DNA of 64,000 bases from the human T2T-CHM13v2.0 reference genome, Homo sapiens (GCF_009914755.1 NC_060938.1), one strand, 5' to 3'. Positions 29,201 to 42,914 are shown, counted from the stretch's first letter. Numbers and translations are program-made. The notes: a model not told the origin generated them from the letters alone.

Positions 29201-30674
29201 GGCTTTTTTGTTAATGGCTTGGGGATTACATTGAGTTAAAGGCTCATTTCCTAATCAAACAGAGAGGGAGAGAGTGACTCCGAATATTTATGAGTCTCCC
29301 AGTGAGAGTTTAAACATTCAACTCCAAAAGCAGGGTTTCTGCAGGAGGAAAGAGTTAAAACCCCTCAGGGCTGCTGGGAAAAAAAAAATTAAACCAGTTA
29401 AGCCATCAGCATTTTCAGGCTTCTGTACAACTTCTGTGCTTGCAAAGTGGAAGGCAGTGTGGAGCTGGAGAGAGGGGAGTCATTCCACAAAGCAAAAATG
29501 GCAACTGTGGTGCAAGCTCTGAAGCTGAAGTCAGCTGATTTGCTCAGAAAAGAGTGTCCCTTCCAATCCCCCTACAGCTGATGCACCCCTCAGTTTGCTA
29601 AGGGCCTGGAGGGGCTGTGTGCCTTCAACTCCCCAGATCGCTTCTCCTGCTCCAGTTCGGAGGTGAGAACATAGAGACAGGAGTATGGCTCAATTTGCTA
29701 GCAGCTAGGGAGCTCCTGTGTCGTCTGGTGGGGCCAGAGAAATGGATTCTCTCCCACTTTGGTCATGCCCCTGGAGTGCCGAGGGCTCAGTCTTCCCCTT
29801 TAGCACACCAATTAACATCTCCACAGGACCCTTTTCCCACTGTGATGTGTTTGGGTCTGAATCCCTTGGTTCTCCTGCTGGCTTTCTTCACGTGAGGCCC
29901 TCAAAGTCCGCCTGGCTCACTGTTCCCAGGTAAAGGCAGGTGAAGAACTCTCTGGTCTCCAGCCAGAGAAGCAACTTGGCCAAGGTCGAGCAACGTCAAG
30001 GCCAAGCTGAGGTCAGAAGTCTAAGTCCCGGCAAGCATTCTGGCCTCTCTCTCCCCTCCTACTCCAGGGAAAGTCAGAGCCATATGGCTGCCGAAACAGG
30101 CCCTGGCTCCCCTGGAGAGAGATTTCCTTCTTCAGCTTGGAAAGGGAGGGCAGGAATCCCTGATACAAGGGGATTCTGCATGCTCTGTGAACACACATCC
30201 TTTTTTCTGCCACCAACCAAGTGAGCAGTTTCTATTTGTTTCACGTGGGCCTTTTTTCCCTGTTTCATGAGGTCAGCAGAGGCACCAGGGTGCCAACTTT
30301 TTTTCTACAGCATCCCCTGGCTTTTTATTTCGCCTGTACTTGGGCACTGTTCTTTCTTTAGTGCTTCAAGCTCAGTGCCCTGTGAGTCTTGTATTTCTCC
30401 TTTCAAGTCAAGGTGGCATCTATAACACGTCTAGATCAGCTCTTCTGGGGCACCTTCTCCCTTTTCCTGGGGCTTTCGAGGTCCTCGCCTGGTCTCCCTC
30501 CATGACTGCATTCACCCCCTGTGCTATGCTTGTTAGCTTCTGTGTCTCCCTCATTAGGCCAGGAGCTCCACCGAGGAGAGTCCATGCTTCATTTCTCTTT
30601 GTTAGCCTGCCTCATCGTTGATAATTCCTGCCCTCTTGCCCTGACCCGTGCTCTACGGACAGCAGAGAGCTGCA

Positions 30675-30880
30675 GTTAAGCATGCGCCTTCCAAGTCAGA
30701 CAGCCAGGGTTCAAATCCTGGCGCTCACCTTTCTCAGTTATGAGACTTGAGTTACCAAACCCCTCAGGGTCTCACTTTTCCCATCTGCAAAATGGGGATA
30801 ACAATAGGATCAACCTCATAGGGTTGTTGGGAAGATGAAACGCACGTGAAGTGCTTAGCCCTGGGCCCAATAGGTGTTGA
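30675..30880 (+). mobile_element. MIR
   Basis: GGGTTCAAATCCTGGC...CCCATCTGCAAAATGGGGATAACAATAG. Confidence 0.85.
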
Positions 30881-32569
30881 CACTTTTATTTGTTCAGCAC
30901 GGAGCACTCGCTTCTGCACACATCATGTCACACCATTAAAGACAGGCTCCCACGCCTTCCACTAAGGGGATATTTTTCCTGAAAGTTGGCCATGCAGAGC
31001 TCTGTGTCAGCAAGACATGCAGCTTCATCCTCCAGTGGGCTATTCCATGAGGAAGCCCTCTAACCTGAGAAGAACCCAGGACCTTACAGCACTGTTTAAA
31101 CCACTATGGGAGAGCAGAGGATGTGACCTGGGCTTTGGGCATCACTCCTCAGTCAGAGGAAGCTGTGACTCTTTTCCCTCTGTAGAAAGAGAATTTTCTC
31201 AAGTTTCTTGGCCCTGGCTCACATTCCAGTGAGCACTTTTGTTCTTGGGTCTCCAAGTCACTGCTGCACCCCCTCCACCCCACATTCTCAGAGGGCAGTT
31301 TAGGCTCTGCCTACAGAGCAGGCCAGACCAGTCCTGGCTGTGCAACCAACAGGGCTGCTTTTATAGGGCAGCTGGTGACTGCTTTGGCCTCCTCCCTCTT
31401 GACACGATCACTTGACAAATGAATCCAAACTCCATCACTGGAGTTCCTGCAAGAGGTGTCCTCTCGTGGGATGTCTGCAGTCCTGAGACCCTCAGTACTC
31501 CTTGTCCCCATGCAGGGACTCACGATGCGGCCAGGCAATGCTCTCTCTTCCTTTTCTTTGCTCACTGTTAAGCCATTGTTTCCTGATTGAAGCAGGGGAC
31601 TGGAATATGAATCCCAGTGCCATCCAAACTTACAAAGTGTCCCATATCCTCACTCCCTCCCCTCTGCTCCCGCTCCTAGCAGTTGGTAGTAGTCATAGTA
31701 GTAGTACAATTAGTAGTAGTCACTATCTCCCTTTTTGCCTCCTTATTATTCACCTTTGAAATTCCCCAGTGCCTAGTGCAGTGCCTGGCACCTAGTATGT
31801 GTTCAGTAAACACATGCAGAGTGAATTGCAGAAGTTCTTTCTTCATGGGGCCACTTCTAATCACTTCATCACAGCAGGAGGGATTTGATGCTATGGATGT
31901 CCACCTGCTTTCACTACTAGGTCAGCTCGTGACTCATTGATCATGGTCCTTGCCCCTATCCTTCTCTCCTCTCTGTCCCTCTCTCCTGCTTTCATGTTCC
32001 TCTGTCCAGGAAAAAAAAATGAGATGAGTCTTTTATCATATGTGCACAAATCTTCCCAGGAATTTTATTCTGTTCAGTGAAGAAGCTTTGTCTAAGTCGA
32101 TGTCAAATTTAATTGCTAAACTGGTATCTCTCCTGTGAATATTTCCCTCATTTGTCATGCTCTCTCCTCTCCCCTTTCTGAGCCATACCTGCTTCCTCTA
32201 GCTGTTCAAACTCTGTAGGGCCCCCTGTGCTCCTCTTCTTGCTTTAACCACTCTGGTCCCGGGTGGTACACATGAGAGGAAGACCTTCCTTCTGAAGTTT
32301 TCCAAAGTGTCTGCTTCCATTAGCACAGACAAGGCTTTTGAAAGGTGTCAAGTTATGAACATCATTTTGGGTACGGGATTCTTCCCACAACAGTTTTTCT
32401 GCTCTCGTTTGGAAGACAGGGGATTAAAAACTCAGGCTGCTGAGGGTTAAATGACAGCAATGAAAAGTCTAGGCATCTCTTGGGGACAAGTGGCTGGCTA
32501 AGACAATTGATTAGCTTGGCTTAGTGATCTTTCTAGCAATATTCAGGAGTAAAATTATTGCTGATTAGG

Positions 32570-32572
<3 letters not shown>

Positions 32573-32618
<46 letters not shown>
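32573..32618. repeat. (TG)23 microsatellite (Z-DNA prone)
   Basis: Direct read. Confidence 0.97.
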
Positions 32619-32622
<4 letters not shown>

Positions 32623-32764
32623 AGGGTTTACGGCAACAATGGTAGGATAAGATATGAGAAAGAAATGGATTGTTTGCTCCTAAGTCGGTCTCAGGAAGGA
32701 ACCTATCATCCCATGTGCATCTGGGGTTATATTAAAATTGTGGACTTTATATGCACACAGGTCA

Positions 32765-32870
32765 GCTGGGGGAAGGCACAATGAAGGGTGCCTAGGGCCT
32801 CCTCATAGATTTTCTTTGCTACTCCCTGTGAATCTGTCATTATTTTGAAATAAAAAGTTAAAAAATAAAG
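32765..32870 (+). mobile_element. Old L1 3' terminal fragment
   Basis: CCTGTGAATCTGTCATTATTTTGAAATAAAAAGTTAAAAAA. Confidence 0.6.
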
Positions 32871-33759
32871 TCAACTGGAAAGAGGCCCAGTGTTGGAGAC
32901 CGCTTCCGCCCGCGGGCTCCGGTAGTCGGAAGGATGGCCCAGTGTGCTGTGGAAGGAGGCGGGTACCAGGCGGTCCAGCCCAGTTCCAACCTCAGGATTG
33001 CTGGTAATTCAGGTGCTGATGCTTTCAGGACCACAGTTTCCTTAATTATAAAATGAGCCACTGGGAGAGATCTCTTAGGCTCTCCAGCTCTATAAGTTTA
33101 CATTTTTAGATGATGAACCCAGGCCATTGTTCTCCTAATATCACCAGTAAGATAGGTTATCCAGCCTGTGTTCCTCTCATCCAAGGCCTTGGGCCCAGAT
33201 GTGGCTTTTCTTGTGCTGTGTGGCTTTAGCATCATTCTCCTTGGTTTGTTTTCTGTCCTCACCTTCCCCTGTCTATAAGCACCTCTAGGGGTTAGTGGAA
33301 AACTGTCAGGGTTCCTTGTTCAAAAACAAGTTTCCAAACTCTGCATTTTAAATTTTGGCTTTAATTTGTAGAGACCCTAGTTTTGTACCTCTGTGGCTTT
33401 AATTTTCCTCCTTCCCCAGTCTTCCACCCCAGCAGTCGCACCTAGGCTTGTACGTGTCTGGAGAGGCCCAACACCTGGGCTCCAGGTTTGCTAAAAGTCC
33501 TTTAGCAGAGTTGGAAGCGAGGAGCACGGTTGAGGTTTGGGAGGGGAGTTGCCAAACGGGGTGACCTCTGCAAGTTCTTAACTTCACTGTAGCTTAATTC
33601 CTTCACCTGCCGAGTGGGGCTGACACCTCCTCTGAGTGTCTCCCAGCACTGGTGTGAAGCAAAATAAAAATCAGAGGATAAACATTCCTTTAAAACTGGA
33701 AGTGCTTGCCAGTTTTAGACTAAATGATTCCCCCTAATGGTGACCTCCATGAAACAGTT

Positions 33760-33985
33760 TTGGTGAAAAGCAGGCTTCAGCGCCAAGCTACTAGAGCCTT
33801 ATCCACGTTGTAACAGTTGTGACCTTGGGCAACTGTCCCAGCCTCTCCACTTCACACTCAGTTTCCTCATCTGTAAAATATGGGTTATAAGAACACCTCC
33901 TTCACTGAGTTGTTGCGAGAATTAAAGGAGCCCTGTGTAAGTCCCTTGAATAGTACCTGCTGGATAATAAACCCTCAAAGCCACT
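33760..33985 (+). mobile_element. MIR
   Basis: TGTGACCTTGGGCAA...CTCAGTTTCCTCATCTGTAAAAT. Confidence 0.85.
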
Positions 33986-36939
33986 GCTGTGGGTGAGGAT
34001 GATGACATTTTGGCTGTTATCATCATTTTGCAGGGCCTGGTGCCAGAAAGGCCAAGAAAGAGGAAACTTTCAAAGTTCCTACATTCCTCCCAGAGTCCCC
34101 CGGACAGCTTGCCAGTATAGCAGAAGATGCTATATTGAGTCACGGATGGCTGACCACAATACCCCTAATGTGCACATGTGTGCACAAGCATCTACAGGTG
34201 GTTTAAAACATGCTCTCATCCTTTACAATTCTCTGCTGAAGGGGACTCCACTCCCATATCCGATGACCAAGTGAGCATCCTTCCATTGCCTGTCTGGGCT
34301 TTGGGGTGACCTGGCCAAGCCTTTTTCCTCTCATGGAAATCTGCTCTCCATAACCTAAAACATCCACAGGCTGCTGCAGTCCAGATGTGAAGGTGGGATG
34401 CCATTTAACATGGCTTGTCTTTGCTGTCCTAAGCATTCAGAACCACTGGAGTGTCGTCTCTGCACAGGGCCAATTCCTCTTCCCTGCGTAGCATAGCTAA
34501 AGTGGGGTTGCTTGTTTGCCACATATTTGATGGTGCATCTTTGGGGAGTACTTTGCAAGGAAAGAAGAATAGGAATAAGCATGGGCAATTTCTCATGCCT
34601 CTGAGGGGTGCCATTTGTATATTTCAAGGGACTTGGAGAACTAACATCAGGTTCTTGGGGAAAATTCCAAATCCAGACTTGTGACCAGCCTGGGTGTTTG
34701 TGCACACGTGTGCACATTAGGAAGGAGTATTGTGGTCAGCCATCCATGACTCTTCTTTCCCCATCTCAGGCTAATAGTAATCTTGAAGGAACATGTAATT
34801 ACTATTTACTCTAGGGCACTCAATTGAGAACACACTCATGTAATGACTCTTGAGTTTTTCTGCCTTTAGAATCCCATATGCTGTTTCTCCTTTGGAAACC
34901 AGTGGGTATCAAGCACCACTTTTAGCCCAGGGGAAAAGACCACAAGATGGATATGAGTCCCCGCAAGTTCAAACTTTACTCTTGATTAGTAGAAACATGG
35001 TTGGTGGTGGTGTCTTTCTTCGGCACAATCTTCACTCGGATCTCTGCCCTTTATGATGGAAGCTTCAAAACAGAGCCAGTGTTAACCTAATGGATAGTCT
35101 TGGTGGACCGGGGCAGTCAGCAGCATGGCTAAGGGAAGGGAGTTAAGAAAATTCCTAGAGACACGATGATACCATTTATATAAGATTTTAAAACTTGCAT
35201 TATATGCCATATATAGCCTAGGGATCAACCATAAGACATGCATGGGAATGAAACACCAACTTCAGGAGAAAATGGATATATGCTCATTGGGATATCATCT
35301 GTACTCAACTGCCAAGCATGCTTTGGCCTCCTCAGTTTCCCCACTTATTTTGGGGATGAATTTGCCTAATCATTTAAGGTGGGTAATGAGGCCAGAGAGA
35401 GGGCAAGTGGATGCATTGTTATTAAACCTGTGGAATCTATTTGCTAAAAATATCAGAAATATTACTTTGAAATATGACACTCTACTGATGCCGTAGGACA
35501 CTATCTCAGAGGCTACCAAAGTGCTTACAGAAATAAAACTGATTTTGTAGCAGCATATTGAGCAAGCATTTACATTAGCTTCTATAAGCCTCTGCCTGAT
35601 GGCTTTCTACGAGCCACTTCATCTCTTTTGGCCTCTGTTTCTTCTTCTGTAAAAGAAATCGGTAGACCAGATGACCTCCAAGGACTGTTCTGTTCAGTCC
35701 TGACCTTCTCCTGTGCCCCCCTGGGCAGTGATCATGTTGTATGACAGCTGTTTGCCTGTCTGTTTCCCCTCCAGAATTAAGGACTCTGTAGGCAGGGCAT
35801 GGTGGGCCCATCTCCCAGCACCGTGCCTGGACACGGCAGGCACTTGACACGCTTTGGATGTACTAATGAGAGAAATGATACAAAAGTAGATGCCAACCCC
35901 CACAGCCCAGTGTCGACTTGGCTGTTTCCAGAAATGCCACAAGCCTGGCTGATGGTGCTTAGCGGTTTTGGTTTCCTCCCTTGAGGCCCTCCCTCATGGG
36001 TCAGGGGTGGTGGTTGGTGCCTTGATGGTGTGAACTGGAGAATATGTTAGCAATAATATGTAAACTGAGCTGCCCCAAACAAAGCCCTGAAAACACCTTG
36101 GAGGAATGACATTGTTTCCTGAATGCCAGGCTTACTTCTCTCCATGTCCATTCTACTGCCTGTTTCTGGCTTTTCCCCTCTCTCCATCATACTCTATTAA
36201 TTTAAAGATATTACATTTGGAGACTCGCTAAATAAAGAGGCCTCAGAGCACAAAGTATCCCTCATCCATTTTCTGGGTCCCTCTGTGCTTCCTTATAAAG
36301 ATTTTTTCTTATTTTTTACTAAATGGCCTCGATTTTATCATTAATTGCTGTGCGACAATTCTTTTTACTGTGTCTAACTTATTTCTTACATATTCTCCCG
36401 TAAGTCCTTAACTCTATTGGTCTCTGTGCCCCTTTCCATTTTTGCCTTTGCCATTTTATAAAATGTATGAAGTGATTCCTTTATATATTGAACCCTTGAT
36501 CTCAGGCCTTCCCTATAGTCTTCCACCCAAATTTCCCAGAAGAATGGTTCTTAACAGTTGGACTTTCACAGTCCAGGTAATCTCGGGTCTTTGTCATTTC
36601 CATACTGAGCCTGGGGACATGCCTTGTTCTCTGTCCCCTAAAATCTCGTATTTTCTTTAACCAGCAGTTTTCACACTGGGGTTGAACCATATTATGACTT
36701 TAAAGCTTTAAGAATTCTTCAGTATCTCTCTTTTGCTCTATATTGTGAAAGATTGTATGTTTTCACCTAGACAATAATCTCTCCTTGTGTTAACTGTACC
36801 CTTACCCGATACCTAATCATGACATTTCCCTAAGACATTTCTTTATTGTTTCCTTACCTTGTTGTCTAGTGCTTGCCTGGTTCTTGACTTTTTCAAGTGT
36901 GCCTCCCCTGTATTACTCTTCTGTGTGTGGGAGAAGGAA

Positions 36940-37260
36940 AGAGGCATTTTTTGAGAGCCTGTTCTGTGCTGGAAACTTCCTACAGTTTATCTCACTTATC
37001 CTTGGAACAACTGAAAGATGGTATTAAGATTCTTCCCATTCGGGAGGCTGAGGCAGGAGAATGGCGTGAACCTGGGAGGCGGAGCTTGCAGTGAGCCGAG
37101 ATTGTGCCACTGCAATCCGGCCTGGGCTAAAGAGCGGGACTCCGTCTCAAAAAAAAAAAAAAATATATTCTTCCCATTATACAAAAGAGGAAACTGAGGC
37201 TCTGAGGTTAAGGATCTTGCTTAAGGCCACCCAGGCAGCAAATAGTACCATAGAATGTCA
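36940..37260 (-). mobile_element. MIR interrupted by a truncated AluY
   Basis: CCCATT|insertion|ATACAAAAGAGGAAACTGAGGCTCTGAGGTTAAG. Confidence 0.8.
37041..37163 (+). mobile_element. 5'-truncated young AluY right arm
   Basis: TSD ATTCTTCCCATT (37029-37040, 37167-37178); variant 3' end CTGCAATCCGGCCTGGGCTAAAGAGCGGGA. Confidence 0.93.
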
Positions 37261-38549
37261 CCTTCTACAATAGGCAACGGGGCTGAGTGCAAACAGGCAA
37301 CCACGTGAATACCCTTTTGTATCATTTACATGTATATTGAACTCAGTTCAACATTTTCAAAGTTTTCATCTTTTTATGTATTTTCTTTAAAAAGGTTTGA
37401 GAGTCCCCCTTCACAGACCCATGTGAAAGAGAGGTCCTGATACTCTAGCTTTGATTCCCCAAGTCCCTGTGTCCTTGTAAAGATGACAACACAGACACCT
37501 CTGCCAGGTCAGCCCTCTGTTAATCAGTCTTAGCTTTCCTTTGGAACTGCTAACAGCCTTGCTTTTCCATAAGTCAGTTTCTAAAAATCTCTGCTGAGGA
37601 GCCGGGAACCATGTTGGAGAATGCAGACCTAATCTGCAGGTTTAGACTTTCAAAGTGGCTGCGTCGCCGGGAGCTCTTTCCGAAAGCACATGCTCATTTT
37701 CCCCTACCTTATCACGTCCACACCTTCCTGGCCCCATCTCCTGCCCTACTTCTGACCTTCTAGCCTCCCTTCACCATCCCATAGACAATGTTTTCATTCC
37801 ATTGTGTTTCACATCTTGTGTTTTTCCCCACCATACTCTTTCCACAGGTCATCTTTCTTGAGACCTGAACCTGGTAGTCCATCACCTCTCCCACCACCAA
37901 TATCATCTTAACCCCTTGGGGGACACGAACATGTTCATCCCTCCATGTGGGCTGTCCCAAGCTTACTCCACTGCCAGGCTTTCTCATTGAGGGAGTGAGA
38001 CGTGGGCAGTGGGGTCTTCTGCCGATGCTGATTCTACCGCCTTGGGCAGCTGGCCTCCTCACCCACTCTCCTGTGACCTTTATCTCCACGCAATCCGCCC
38101 ACCTTGGCTCTTGGGATGCTAATCACATTGCTGAGGAGAGTTATAACATCTCCCTACCTTGGATGGAGTCCAGCATGCGCTCACTGTTTGGGACAAAGTG
38201 TTTATCCTCTATCTGCCCGTGACCTTCCGTGGACACAGGTTCATCAGGTTTCTGCCTTTCTGCTGGCTTCACTTTCTGTCCAGGGGCTCCCACAGCCTGT
38301 AGTCTCCCTTCTGAATGCAGTGGGTGGGGGGCGTCTGGGGGATGCTAGCATATGTTTAGAAGTCCCTGATGTGATTTCCAATGTTCAGCACTTCCTCCTT
38401 TTCTCTATGCCACAGTGTCACATTGAAAACCTCAGATCACCGAAGTTAGATGACCCAACAGAGAGATTTTTTGTCTCTAGAGCATTCACATTCTTTGGGG
38501 ACATTTTTTTTCTATCTTGTCTGGCATTCTTAGAGTCCCCAGTTTTTGG

Positions 38550-38872
38550 TCTCTCTCTCTCTCTTTCTCTTTTTTTTTTTTTTTTCTTTTGAGAGAGGGT
38601 CTCACTCTGTTGCCCAGGCTGGAGTGGAGTGGTAGGAACATGGCTGACTGCAGCATTGACCTCTTGGGCTCAAGCAATTCTCCTGCCTTGGCTTCTTGAG
38701 TAGCTGGGACTACAGGCATGTACCACTATGCCTGGCTAATTTTTTTAATTTTTGGAGAGACAGGTCATCACTTTTTTGCCCAGGCTTGTCTTGAACTCCT
38801 GGGCTCAAGCAATTCTCCCACCTCAGCCTCCCAAAGTGTTCAGATTACAGGTATGAGCCACTGCACCTGGTC
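38550..38872 (-). mobile_element. Alu (AluJ-like)
   Basis: (CT)n/T tail; GGGCTCAAGCAATTCTCC in both arms. Confidence 0.92.
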
Positions 38873-39299
38873 TGGTCTTTCTTTTCATAAGGAGCCCACT
38901 CAAGTTCCCATGCTGGGGAGGGGAGGTGTGTTGGATGTGACAGTAGTTGCTCCTGATAGAGGCCCCTGGGTTCTCAGCTGCAGGGTGACAGCATATTAGG
39001 GTGAATTGCGTGGGATCTGTCAACTTCCCGAGTGGTGGCCTTGACCAAGGCGCTGGTTCTCCAGATGGGAGTGACCCAGAGGAGGCCAATGCTGTTCTCT
39101 CTGGTTTCTGGGGCCATTGCAGGTTCAGGGGCTGGAATTTCCCCCAGAGTGGGCGAGTCTGCTGCATAACTGGTGCTTCTTCATCTGACGAAGGCATGTA
39201 AGTATCTCTGCCTGGTGATGTTTGGCATTGCCTTGTTCTTGGGTTCCATTGTCACCCTGGCTGTTTGGGGAAGACTTCTGAGAGGTAGGGGAGGAGACT

Positions 39300-39720
39300 A
39301 ACTTAGGTCGGAGTCTCCAGGGGCAGAGCCTGAAATGGGCATTCTGGGCAAGAGCTGTGTTGAGGGAGTGCTCTCTGGGGAATCCTGTAAGGGACTGAAG
39401 AAGGAAAAATAGGGCGGCAGGAAGCTAAGCAAAGCTGTGGACTCAGCCAAGGTCTAGCCTCAGCCTATCCAGGAGCATAAATGACGCTGCAGAGTTGTCC
39501 CACCTTGAGGCACAGACTGGTCAGTTCCAACCCCAAGTCAATCAGTCATTGGCTGAGAGCTGCCCCGGCAGGGAGGGAGTAGACTCCTAGGCCCTTCTGG
39601 ACCCCATGAGGGCTCCTGTGGGTCATGGGTGATTCTCAGGAGAAGGCTGCAGCTGTTAGCAGCTGGGGATGGGAGCATCACTGGCCAGAGGGATCTGAGC
39701 AGAGCACCAACAGCATCTAG
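39300..39720. mobile_element. Old ERVL/MaLR-type LTR
   Basis: CTTAGGTCGGAGTCTCCAGGGGCAGAGCCTGAAATGGG...CAGTCATTGGCTGAGAGCTGCCCC; similar family to 7736-8120. Confidence 0.55.
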
Positions 39721-40172
39721 GACAGAGAGACGATGGGAGCTGGTGCCCTAGTGTTGTCCTCATCCCCTCCCTCTCTGTGGGGGTCCCTCGAGAATGTGAC
39801 CATGAGCTTCCATCTCTCTCCAGGTTGAGCCCATGGTAGAACTCATCAAAGAGAACCAGGACCCTGGGTGTTGAAGCTTCTAGGCTACAAAGACAGGGAT
39901 TCTGAAGACCATCAGTGTCTGGAGCTTGGGTTACATCTCTCTTTCTCTCTGCTAGTTTGGGCTCAGCAAAGGCAGAGGAAGGGGAATCACTCACTGCCAC
40001 ATACGTACGCTTGGTGGAGGGCTGTACACAAAGTAAGAAATCGCCTCTTTCTCTTCTAAGGACAGCAGCTTCCCTCCAGGTCCTTTTGATGGAATTAGGA
40101 GCTCCCTACAATTGCCTTCCTACAGGGAAGTCTTTTGGCCTTTGATTTGCCTTCAGCAAAAGGCCAGGATAG

Positions 40173-40608
<436 letters not shown>

Positions 40609-41589
40609 TCAAATTAGTTAGGGCAGGAGTGGGGAGAGAAAGGGAGGGGTTGTCTGCTGGCTTTAATTGGTTGTCGTCTGTCTGGCTGCCTCAAGGGAAA
40701 GGAGACGGGGTGTGTAAGGAAGGCAAGCACACGGAGAAGGGAAACTTATATTGCTGAAGGACCACGTTTAGAGTCCTGGGCCAAGTTCTTCTCGTATTAA
40801 TGCATCTGATCTCCATGGCAAGCCTTTGAAGTAGGTGGTATCTCCAGTTTGTAGCTCAGGGAACAGAGGTACAAACAGGTACCTCTGAACAGGTAGCTCC
40901 TCAGCCTACCTGAGGAGGCTGCAGACCTAGGCAATGGCAAAGACAAGTTTCAAACTCAAGCCTGGTTGCCTCTTATAGCTCATGTTATCTTGCCACTAAA
41001 CAAGTAGGGCTTGGATACCTAATTCTAGGAACACTGGAGTGGCTGAAGGGGGAGGTCAGGGCCATGAGGGCGCGCTGGCCCGCAGTAACTCTAGACGGCC
41101 CAGCTCATCCCAGGTCCCAAGGGCTTGAGTGTCTCCCTGAGTGAATTCCTCTACTGCACTCAGCCTCCTCTTCTCATCGCCCGCCTGTGCTGCACACCCA
41201 CAGGCTGCAGCCCCCCAGCCCTATGCCACATCACATTTTCTCTATGTTTGAGACACCTCCTCCCTGAAGCCTCCCTAGTGATATAAAGGCTAAGAGTAAA
41301 GCACCCTCACTCCACATGCCCGGCATCCACCACTGACTGCAATCATATCTGTGCTCAGGGACCCATGCGTTCTCTCTGTGCCAGCCTGAGTGCCTGTGGC
41401 TGCCCAGTGGTTTCTTGTATACCCGCTCAGAATGCCATGCCCAAGTGTGTTTTTAACACCTGCTCTGTGCTGGGCACTGCTGAAACTAAGGGAAAAAAAA
41501 AGGTAAAGAAAGAAAGAAACTCAAGATGCAATGATGTCCCAGTGCTGAAGTGAAGGAACCTACACATGGACAGCTGATGGCCTGAGGAC

Positions 41590-41800
41590 AGCATAGGGGA
41601 TGGTAAAAGTCCAGACTTTGGACTTGGACAAATCTGGGTTCATATTGTGGCTCTGCTGCTTCTTAGCTTTGGGATCCCTGGCGAGTTAATCTGCCTCTTT
41701 GCACTTCAGTTTTCTTGTCTGTGCAAAGGGAACAATAAAATCCAATCTTGTGGGGCTACTCTAAGGACTAAAGTAGATGAGCCATACGGAAGCACCAGCT
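41590..41800 (+). mobile_element. MIR
   Basis: CTGGGTTCATATTGTGGCTCTGC...CTTCAGTTTTCTTGTCTGTGCAAAGGG. Confidence 0.7.
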
Positions 41801-42738
41801 CCTCTGGTAGCTAAAGTTCATGGACAGTGAGTGTTGCTGGCGTTTGTGGACACAAAAGCATTGAGTGAGAAGAGTGTTGGTGGTAACAAGGTCAGTCTAA
41901 TCTAGAACTTTGCTGACTCAAGAGTTTGGCTGTAGACGTGGGTAGAGGGTAGGAAAGGGGTTTGCTTTGGAAGACGTTGGGGCTGCACGACTCCCTCCTC
42001 CTCTCCCAATTTCAGGACCCAGTTGCACCTTTGAAGGCCACTTGGCTTTCTTCTCTGGCTGTGCCCTGCACAGAGCAGGGGAAAAAAGCACCCTTCTTGC
42101 CAGCTGCTTTTTCCAGACTTCATATGTTTAGATCCCTGGGCATAGGGAGGGCTCCAGGGTGCATAGGCCACCATCTGCTAGAGCAGCCACGCCTGGGCCC
42201 AGCACCAGCACAGCCTCGGGACCCCATGCCCAGTTTTTGGCAGCTTCCAGGGCTGGGAGAGCCTAGGCCTGGGCCGGGTGACCTCGCAGCTGTGCCTTCC
42301 ACCCCTCAGGGGCTTGTGGTTGTGTCTCTCTTGGGGGCCTTCCTGGCTGCTGGGCAAGTGGCCCACTGTCCTTCACTACCAGCAGCTCACATTGCCCAGC
42401 CTGTGCCAATGGTTGCCAAGGGATTCTCAACCAAGAGGCCTGGTGTCCTGGTGTCTCTTGCATATGCAGCTGCCTGCGTGTCACCCAGGGCTGGGGACCC
42501 ACGTGGGGGTGGGCTGAGCCACTGGTCTCTACCTCCTGGGGCTTGGCCAGCTTCCCCATTTCTCTCTGACACGTCTGGAAACTCCTGAAAAGTGTCTATG
42601 CTCATGTGAGTCCAAGGGGAAAATTGGACAAGTGTCTCAGAAGATAGAGATGCTTGTTAAATTCTACTGAAAGGATATTTGACACTATGTGAGGTGGTAG
42701 GTTTTCTAGCCTGACTTCCCGGAAAGGTATTCAGCTTG

Positions 42739-42749
42739 TGATGATGATA

Positions 42750-42780
<31 letters not shown>
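42739..42780. repeat. (TGA)14 trinucleotide repeat, one interruption
   Basis: Direct read. Confidence 0.95.
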
Positions 42781-42914
42781 GCCAGGCACTGCGCTCTCTC
42801 CTGTCTTCCCTTCTCAGGCTCAGCAACCCAAGGAAGTGCATACTATAATTCCCCCAGAGGAGAAAGATGGGCCCTGGGGAGTTAAATGAGTAGCCTATGG
42901 CTTACGGCTGTTGA

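Noticed and set aside
41962-42588. 208-aa Pro/Leu-rich ORF
   Set aside because: Non-ATG start in GC-rich intron with several overlapping chance ORFs; no domain.
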